Program-made: the position numbers and the translations under genes
DNA from: Lobosporangium transversale
Taxonomy: Eukaryota
Assembly: GCF_002105155.1 (NCBI RefSeq)
Contig: NW_019029082.1
Span: 1-35,530 of the forward strand
Direction of reading: 5' to 3'
DNA: 35,530 nt
Notes under the pieces: model-generated
The model's input: the letters and a program-made list of their open reading frames with translations, nothing else
Told to the model about the DNA's origin: nothing
Databases searched by the model: none
Part shown: positions 22,383-31,472 of the stretch, in pieces
Layout: the number at the start of each line of letters is the position of its first letter
How positions within the stretch are numbered: the stretch's first letter is position 1

Positions 22383-22998
22383 TTAATACAAAGTAATATG
22401 GCAAATGTAATCAATATATACTTCTTCTTCTTCCTCCTCGATAATTCGACGACTTCGTTTACTCATTTTAAGAGATGTTTTGGGCTTAATTGAGATAATG
22501 CATGAAAAGGAAAAGAGAGAAAAAAAAAAAAAAAAAAAAGGAAAAGGAAAGGAAATGAGGCGAACTGAAGCGAATGCAAACACATTTGTTGTCCTGATGC
22601 CGCAGTTGAGTATTTAAGTATAACGCACCAGATATCTCGCACTCGTTGTTAGGCTTTATTTTCTATAAACATGTGTTTTAACCTTATCTTCATGGTAATA
22701 TTTTTCTTAATCCACGATTTAAATCCACATTTTGATTAAGAGTGCCGTGAGAAAAAATTTATAAAGATTTTAATCGGTTTATCAATGTACCGAATGATTC
22801 GGTATATCAAATGGATTGAATCGGTACAATCGAAGCACCGAATGTTCCGGTTTACCGAATGCATCGAATATTCGATACATTCGATTCGGTTTCGACAATA
22901 TATATTCATTCGGTTTCGATTCGATATGAACCTTACCTTGGTCAATTCGATTTCGGTTCGAAGGTGTATTGAATCGAATGTACCGATTAGGAGCACTG
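22383..22998 (-). mobile_element. Probable hAT-like element end with subterminal repeat array
   Basis: Minus strand starts CAGTGCTCC; many ATCGAA/ACCGAA/TTCGRT motifs in both orientations at ~22770-22990; short exon MSKRSRRIIEEEEEE downstream. Confidence 0.5.
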
Positions 22999-23027
22999 AT
23001 TCATTGAATGACCTTTGATGGCCACTG
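22999..23027 (+). repeat. Orphan Tc1 right TIR
   Basis: TTCATTGAATGACCTTTGATGGCCACTG plus TA; two mismatches to 16261-16288. Confidence 0.8.
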
Positions 23028-23029
23028 TA

Positions 23030-23539
23030 TATCCAAAAGTCTATGATACCTCTCATGAACAGGCCAGCAAACTCTCCTGACAGCAACCCAATAGAAAACA
23101 TATGGGCATACATGAAGGTGCAGTTGGATCATTATCCAGACAAGGCAAAGAATATGGAGGATCTCTGGGAGAGAGTCCAAGACGTATGGACACATATCCC
23201 TCCTGAATTCTTACACAAACTATACTGCGGTATGCCAAAGAGGATGAGGGAGTTATATAAGGCTAAAGGAGGGAACATCGTTAGGGGAAAAGAGAAGTAA
23301 CAGGAATAAATAAAAACAAGAAGTTGTTAAGTGCCATAATAGATGCAATGAGATGCTGAAAGCAAATTGCAATTAAATGCTAATTAGGCCACTGATGGCG
23401 ATGACGATGAGACTCCATGGAGGTGAGACAAATGAGAATGAGAAACGGTGGTGGCAGGGAGGATCATAAAGAAGAAGAAGGAGAATGAGGAATGAATGTT
23501 GAAAAATGCATTTTATTGCATCAGTTTTGGCACGCACTA
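23030..23539 (+). mobile_element. 3' fragment of another Tc1 element
   Basis: PANSPDSNPIENIW...GMPKRM in ORF 23043-23300; TIR-like TCAGTTTTGGCACGCACTA plus TA. Confidence 0.8.
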
Positions 23540-23766
23540 TAAATATCTAATTAACTTTGAAAGTGCATTTATTTTCATTACACATTTATCACAAAAGGCT
23601 GTAATAAAGCTGACCATTTCAAGCTACATTTAAATGTAATGTACTAAGTGCTCAAAGTCCCCAATATACAAAGTAACAGCTATTCAAACAGATCTGCAAA
23701 ATTATAAAGCCTATGTCAACAAAATGGGACGTCCGTACAATGTTGGTAAAAAAAATAGAATTGCTG

Positions 23767-26355
23767 TTAGACAGTCAACAGCTCATTGTCAATTCTTTGA
23801 CTATTGCCACTCTTGTCCTTCCAGTGAGCACTCATCTTCACTGTATCAAAACTCCTATCGTGCCAGAAATGCACCAAATTCACCCCTTGGTCCAGTTCCG
23901 CGTCGGTTTGCCAGTATGGGTGCTCAAGGTAGTCGTCCTCCCGAGTAAAATGAACAACCCAAGCTTCTTCTGCTGAGAGTAAGCGTTTATAAGTTGGCGT
24001 CTTGCTGATACAGTCCTTAATAGAAGATTGACTTCCTGTAGCCAAAAGCTCGATAACAACCGTCGGCTCTCCTGCTTTCTTGATGACAATATCACTATAT
24101 TTGTGGTCCTCAAGCTCATGGAGGTGCCACTGGCTAATGATCCCATATCCTTCTATTTTGTTTAGCCAGTTGGTGAGAATCCTCATCAATTCCGTGTCAT
24201 AGACGCTCTCCCGGAGGACTTTGGCATTGTATCCACCCATAACCTTAACTGTTCTCCCCGATCTTTTGTATGATCGATATTCCGACTGTATAATCAAGTT
24301 TTTATCGAAAAATCGAAGAGCAATCTTCATAGTCTCCAGAATATCCAATAATCCTCCTTGACTTTCCTTTGGGGGGTGACTCCGAAGGAGCGTGGGGATA
24401 TTTTGATGAATAATATATCTCCTCACAAACGAGTCAATGAATGCTGAGGCCATACGGTAGTTACTGCCATCAAGTCTTATCAGCACCCCTTCTGCAGTTA
24501 GGAAGTCTGCCAATCTCTGTTGTTCCATGTCTGAGATAGATATATCGCCGAGATACCCAATAAAATCTGTTCGGAGAAGTTAACAGCATCTGTAGCTGAT
24601 TCACTCAAAAGTGAATCGACCATCCTTCTAAAAGTATGGTCGAAAGCATCTCTCATCTGATTGTCTGTGGAGAAGTCCTGCCATGTATCGTAATCGAGAC
24701 AATTCGTCGAGTCGTTGACTTTCGAGCGAAGATCTCATGAATGGAGCGTCCACAAAGACAAATCATTCCTGGATGACTATTGACATTGAGCACAATTCAT
24801 TGTATTAGAATGGCACATCAACTCGTGGAGAGTTAACTAAGCTTAAAAAACATACCCATTTGACTTCCAGTGTATGTCTCGAATAATCTCATCATCTATT
24901 TTAATCATCTCATCTTCGCATAGTCATTAAAGAGCTGCTGCGTTTGATCAAGAGTGAAATACGGGTTCCTGATAGTATTGTTGACATTGAACGGGGTATG
25001 TGTTGACCTGTTGTGCTAAGGTGCTGAAGACTAAAGGTTCCACATAAGACAATACTGTCAATGGCGTATAAATGGTTGTTCTGTCGGATTGCTCGAAACG
25101 CCTGTAAGCATTGGTTGCGGATCTCGTCGCTTGCGTTAAACAGTAAATCAAACTCGTCAACCAAGATGACAATCTTCTCGTCCTTGAATTTAGTTCGACC
25201 GAAAGCATCGAGAAAATCTCGTTTGGTTGTAATATCATCGACTTTATAGTTGCGGCGAAGAGCATTTCCAAAAGTTTTCCAGAAATCAGGCTCATTATTG
25301 CCAACGGCAACTCCCTCAAATGATAGTCTAAATAAAAAATAGAGGGTCAGTACTGGTATATTAGCGCATACATTGCATCCACTTTATCCATTTTCACAGA
25401 AGTTGGCTTACGGGAGGCAGCGATATCCAAAGTCAGCTAATTGGGTGATAAGTCGATACAACCGTGTTGTTTTTCCAGAGGCACGTGCGCCTATGAGCAT
25501 CACTATCTCGCGGTCAAAAACGCCCTGTAGTATTTCCTCATTGTTGTCATGGTCCGCAGGATCCACATAGTAGACCTGATTAACTTCGTCGAATCTGATC
25601 GGTTCATTGACGGTCCACCTCTTTTTTTTCAAAAGTCGCGGTACTGAAAAAAATTAGAAAAAAAAAACAGCAAGACCTGTCAGAAGAGAAAATAAGGAAT
25701 CGGTTCCAATCCTTAAGGGAGAATTAGCTTACATAAGTCTTCGGCCCTCCTCTTTTTTTCCGAGTCTGTTGGTAAAGGAAGCAATGATAGAAATTTGCAA
25801 GAAAAAAAGAAAATAAGCATCAGAGGAAGTCGTCAAGCACATGTGCGATGATTAACCTTATGAAAAAAAGAGAAAGCCAATTAAACAAATGAGTCTTACT
25901 CGAAGTGGAAGTAGACGGATCTATACCGCAATAATGCGAAGGATCATTAGACATAATCAATGATTACAACAAGCGTCACCACATGGCATGCCGCAGTAAC
26001 AGGCACAATTAGAATTTAACGGCTTCTTACCTGCCGACGGCCTCTGGACAATGACGTGTATGGTTTTCTTTTCTGGTGTAGTGCCGAAAATCTCAGAGAT
26101 CTTGCTTGTTGCACAAAGCTTTTTTGCATTTGGGTGTTCTGAAAGTGTAATGGTTTTTTCGTCCTCATCGTCTCCGATTACGATGGAGACATGCCAGAGA
26201 TTCAATTTGTCGGCAACAATCTCTCGGAAGTCGTTTTCTTTTTCCTTCTTGATTGCTTTTTTGAGAGCAGCAATTGAGTCATCAGCATCCAATTGGACTT
26301 TAAATGCGGAAGAGTCGCCATCGAGAATGCAAAAGAGCATAATTTTTTGAGTCAT
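23767..26355 (-). pseudogene. Crinkler (CRN) family gene: CRN N-terminal domain, P-loop NTPase, PD-(D/E)xK-like nuclease; frameshifted
   Basis: LFCILDG..IHVIVQRP header; micro-exons 25900-25920 and 25733-25765 splice in frame; Walker A GARASGKTT; Walker B ILVDEFD; YSDIVI..VVIEL; about four frameshifts between 24570 and 25000. Confidence 0.85.
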
Positions 26356-26645
26356 CTTGGTTTAATTGCGCACTGAAAAAAAAAAAAAAAAAAAAAAAAG
26401 TAATTGGCAGTAAACCAGCAGAGAGCTAGTTTGATTAAAGTGAACTGAGCAAGAATGTTGGCGTTAATGTGAAGATTGAAAGAGAAATGCTTAGAGGAAG
26501 AGGGATGAAAGAAAAAAAAGATGGATGCGTGAGAAAAAAAAAAAAGAGTGGCAATAGGATGTGCTCACTAAAAATAAAATTACGTACACACGTATGGGGG
26601 CAAACTTAAGCCACTCCGTTTGTTTTTATTCCTCATCCATCATAC

Positions 26646-29600
26646 GAATTCCCTTAAATACTCAAGTTGCGTAGTGGTATTTTTTTGTTAGAATTTATAA
26701 TGAGGTGACGTAGTAGGCTATTTGCTAAATCCACCCTTTTCTGCCAGTTGCTTCTTCCGAATCACAATCGCCATCTAATCCTATTCCATCGCTCATTACT
26801 ATTTTATTTATGTCAGGATCGCTCTCCTGCAGACTCCATTCAGGCCCTTTTCGTGTTTCTGTAGTCCATCTCCTGTCCCAGGTAACCTTTTTATTTTTTT
26901 AAAAAAAAGAAAAAAAAAAAAAAACGCGTAAATTCAAATTAGCCTACTTCATTTCTAACTCTCTGTCTTCCTCCTCTCTGAGATAGATAATATTAGCCGT
27001 CCACAATGGTATTTATAAATATCACGAACATGCTAGCTATTTCGATTAGCTTATAATTAATTATTTTTCTTGATGCAAATTATAGGTCCTCACCACTGAT
27101 ACCTTAATTTCGAGTAACGGTGAGGATGCAGCTGAAGACCTTGAGCTAGGCTCCGAATTCTACAATCATGATGAAGCTAGCGACGTTGATACGGATCCTG
27201 AAGAGCACGACTGTGATGATGGTGGAGACTATTCTTCGGATGTGTCAGATTCCGAGCCAGAAATAGTGTGGGGGCCAGTTGAACCATCCGGTGAAGACAG
27301 CACCTATGGGAATGCTCTCGCACCATCTAAAAATAACGTAGAAGAAGTAGAGGATATATCGAGATTGAGTCAAGATAAGGAGGCTCGTGCAATCAGTCTG
27401 GCTTCTACAATTGTGTCTGCGCAGCTACAAGAATACTCTTGGATTGAGTCGACGGTCCCAGAGGCTAAGATTAAGGATATTGTTGATGGCCTCAGGATTA
27501 AGAAACAGGACTACGATTATTTGCCGCACGTATTCTATGTGGACAAAAGGGACTTTGAACTGTGGAAAGACCGAGATGGCAGCGATCACTTTTTTATTTG
27601 GAATAAAGGCAACTCTGAGATAAATGGTAGAAATGAAGACAATGAAGACTCTGAAATCACCAACGACAATGATAGCAAAGGCAAACTGCGTTCATTTCAA
27701 CTTTATTTCTGCCACTGTGCAGGCGCCCCACGCAAAAAAAAGATTACTGACCAAGATCAACTACTTGAGAGGCCAGCCAAGAAAACTCGCAATGTTTATA
27801 AACCGACCAAGAAAGTAGGCTGTAAAGCCAGGCTAATTGTTCATGACGTAAAACCCGATATGGAAGAGTTCGCAAGTAGAGGAGAAAGGAACCAGCTGCG
27901 TGTGATATATTACTACAAGCACACTGGGCATACTCTTGCCAGTCTCGAGGACTTTCAGCATCTCAGAGTGACAGAAGAAACAAAATCGCGAATTCGAAAC
28001 CTTGTCCGTTTAGGTCTCTGTACAAGAAAGATTCTGACAAGGATAAACCTGACTGGTAGCCAGGCATTCTCGCGACACCAAAGAGGGTCTTTAGAGCGTG
28101 ACCATGTCCTGAAGTATGAGGATGTGTACAATATTTATTATAAATATTCAAGTGGGCAGAGTCAGCTTGAAAAGAATGACTTAGTCTCGATGAGGCTGTG
28201 GATGGACAAACTAAAGGACAAGGGCTTCACTGTATTCACACTCGCCTACCACATCATAATAGACGGAGTGAATCATGCAAGATTTGCATATGGGTTTATG
28301 TCGCCGTTCCAGAAATCAGTTTATGGATCCAATTTTAAACACATTGGGCTAGATTCAACACATGGAACAAATCGCTCTAAACACGAGCTTTACACCATAA
28401 TTGTGCGGAACCCACAAAGTCTGAGTGCTATCCCAGTTGCCTTCTTGCTTACGAACGATCATAGCCATGTACCGTTGGCAAGATGGTTGACACATATCAG
28501 AGAAACCATTGGCTCACCTGAATACATCACCACTGATGATGCTCGAGCAGAATATAAAGCAATCCGATTGGCGTTTGGAGACTCAGCCACAGTTCATTTA
28601 TGTCTATGGCATGTTATGAAAGCTTGGAGCACCAAGCTTCGAAGTGTTATCCGTGCAACGCAAGACAAGGCTGCTAAGGAGTTGAGGGAAGAAGCGATGG
28701 GAGAGCTCCGTAGAATTTTGTTTGATCCAAACCGTACGCGAGCTGAGACTCTTATTTCAGAATTCGAGTTGAAATGGCAGGATCATAATGAGGGCAAAGT
28801 CTGGAATTATTTTAGGGAACGCTACCTCAGTGAAGACCGAAGGAGAAGGTGGATGAAATGTTATCGTATGGGAAAGTTTTATGCTGGGATGGATACTAAC
28901 AATTACGTCGAGTCCTGGCACAACCACCTTAAGTCGCACTTCTTACGAGGTTATACAAACTGCAGAGGAGATAGATTGATTTATATCTTAACTCATGATG
29001 TAGATGAGTTTTACCAAATGATGGCAATGCAGACCGTGCGGCGCTATGGGCGACATTCAAAAGGCGAGAGAGATGACATTCACCAAAGAAAATTTCTAGA
29101 TGGACTAGAAGACCTTCCACAGCGCATTGTTCACGAGCAGCAAGTGGGTGACCGAACCGTTTACTGTGTGCGCTCGTTCTCCGTATCTGGCGGATATTAT
29201 TTCGTGGTTGCCACGAATCAAACTATCTCAAGATGTAACTGTCAGTACTTTATGTATTCTCAGCGCCCCTGCAGACATATGTATCTTTTGCATCAAGTTC
29301 ATAAGGATAACCCAGACCCACCGCTCCACATCATACACGATGTCCTTGAGAGGGTCCCTGATAGACATGCTATGATCCAGAATTACCAAGATGGCCTGGA
29401 AGGGGATGTTAACCCAAGCATCAGTGATGCCCTGTTGGAGGTAGAGGATGCTGAAGCAGAGGAGGTTGCTGAGGCAGAGAGGATTGCTGATGCGGTTACT
29501 GAATCTTTGGAGATACTCAAAAAGGGCCTCCATGATTCAGATAGCATTGTGAGATGTCCCGACGCAGCAAGGGAGTTAAGTGATATGGTTGAACGGTATT

Positions 29601-30666
29601 TTTCTTTACAAAGAACGATAAATACATCTGGGAACCAAAAACGGCAGCGCCAATAAAAAAAATTTTTTTTACATGTATATATTTGATTTAAAAACTATTC
29701 AATCCAATTCAATCAAAGAGAGCACAATCAAAATAGCCAATCAGAAATCAGGATTTCATTTCTTTTTTTTTTTTTACAGAACGATGAAAAAAGAAAATCC
29801 ATTCTCTGTTGATGGAGAATATCTACAAGACTGAAAATCATATATTTGGTAGGGAAGACCCATCGGTACGATTTAAAAAAAAGTTGAAAAGATTCGGTTA
29901 AGTCTTCAGTAGGATACCTCCATTCAAAGAACTTGTACATCGAAAATAATCAGGATTATGATCATCTTCTTTCGTTCAAAAGTAATATTACTCTGTCAGT
30001 AATGGCGATACACATTGTAAAATATAGATTCAAGTAGCCAAAAGCTATATCTATAAGTCGTATATATGCACTCCAAGGAACCAGCAATGCGGTTGTCAAG
30101 AAAATGGCCATTGAATTCTCTAAATAGAGTAATATCTGGAATTTATAGTCTCTCCTTCATCTTTAAACAACAAGGATTGTTATTTTTGTAAACTAAGTCG
30201 CTGTAAAAATACCACAGTTGGATTCAGCATTGACATGTCCTTTTAACCTGAAAATATGGTGAAGTTTGAAGGTTTTATCATAGAGCTCTACTTTTTTTAC
30301 TAATTTCAACGAAACATTTTTTTAGACAAGTGTCTACCAAGCTATACTTGGTTTCCAAAGTCAGTTTTTATGTCACTACGGATACTCAATTTCTTCAGAA
30401 ACTTCAATTGCTACCCTAGATCGCTTTATATTAGTGTCTTTTGTCATTATCCAAAGTTTGGTTTGGATTGAGATTCATTTGAATGACTTTTACATATGAG
30501 AACTGGTTTTCCCATATGATTATGGACTTAGAGACAGGTTAGATTGAACTTCCATGTATATTTCGGCTCACATGACCCACATGGCCCACATGACTTGTAT
30601 GGAAATAACTTTTATTTTTTATAAGGGCGTCTCATATTTGGCCAACTTGAGTATCTAAGGGGACTC
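26646..30666 (+). mobile_element. MULE-1, full-length Mutator-like DNA transposon
   Basis: 24-bp imperfect TIRs (GAATTCCCTTAAATACTCAAGTTG versus GAGTCCCCTTAGATACTCAAGTTG, three mismatches); intact transposase; no TSD visible. Confidence 0.88.
27006..29656 (+). CDS. MULE transposase with SWIM zinc finger, ~857 aa
   Basis: LDSTHGTN, TTDD, CLWH, TNNYVESWH and CNC..PCRH. Predicted ATG-only exon 27006-27008, intron 27009-27085, exon 2 open from 27086. Confidence 0.9.
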
Positions 30667-30760
30667 CTTATTTGGAGCCAGCAAACCGGTTATTTGTGGC
30701 TTTCTACTCCTTAACTAGGGTCACGTGACAAAATTTATTTTAGGTATCTATTTTTAGGGT
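30667..30760 (-). repeat. Remnant of an older Penelope-like terminal repeat
   Basis: Matches ~31143-31237 with one substitution and one T fewer; ends at TTTTTAGGGT. Confidence 0.85.
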
Positions 30761-31289
30761 TTTTGATAAGTAGGATGGGTTTTTTTGTGAAAAAGTGGAA
30801 AAAGTGACTGAGAGTGAGAAAGAAGACTGCGGGACAAGTGCTTGTTTCGATCTTTTCTCTTCAGCCTTGTCTTCTTTTTATACTTTTTTCACGCCTCTCG
30901 GACTCTCGGGAGAGAGGGTGAACGGTAACCCAAAAAGGAATCATTATCCAAATCGGGTCTCATCCGGAAACTCCTAGATTGTTTCAGATTGAGTCAGTTA
31001 TGACGTAAGATCTAAAATTAATCTAAGTATAGATTACAAATAATTTATCCGAACGGTTAGACTAAAAAAGGAAGGTCTAAGTCCGAAAAAATCCTAGGAT
31101 ATATGTATCATTTCCGTGGTACGCGTCGACCTAGCAAACAGGTTTATTTGGAGCCAGCAAACCAGTTATTTGTGGCTTTCTACTCCTTAACTAGGGTCAC
31201 GTGACAAAATTTATTTTTAGGTATCTATTTTTAGGGTCTATTTTTAGGGTTCTATTTTAGGGTTTTTTTAGGGTTATTTTTAGGGTTTT
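30756..31289 (-). repeat. Proximal pseudo-LTR
   Basis: Appears identical to 34383-34916 (offset 3627). Confidence 0.95.
30819..30877 (-). ncRNA. Type I hammerhead ribozyme
   Basis: Minus strand AAAGAAGAC-AA-GG CTGAAGA GA-AAAGA-TC GAAA CAAG-CA-CTTG TC / CC-GCA-GTCTTCTTT; predicted GUC cleavage between 30833 and 30832. Confidence 0.85.
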
Positions 31290-31316
31290 CTTTTAGGGTT
31301 ATTTTTAGGGTTAGGG
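31213..31316 (+). repeat. Internal variant telomeric repeat tract
   Basis: TTTTTAGGT, TTTTTAGGG, TCTATTTTTAGGG, TTATTTTTAGGG etc., ending in TTAGGG. Confidence 0.9.
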
Positions 31317-31472
31317 TCAAGGAGGGTCAGCTCTGGCCTATACCATGAACCTGAGAAAACTCCTAAAAAATCTAAAGAAAACTTACTAAGTCTAAAAAAC
31401 CGGACCTATTTTGTCGGGGATGAGGGCTAGTTATAATATAAGATACGGAAGAGATCTCATTGAACTAGTCAT

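Noticed and set aside
29728..30250. Second gene in the MULE-1 3' region
   Set aside because: The minus-strand frames I read are interrupted by stops and show no recognisable motifs.
30795..30977. 60-aa ORF duplicated at 34422
   Set aside because: It is antisense to the hammerhead within the pseudo-LTR, has a GTG start and shows no protein features.
30905..30990. Second hammerhead (CGGATGAG..stem) on the minus strand
   Set aside because: The core deviates from CUGANGA and no GAAA follows the stem.
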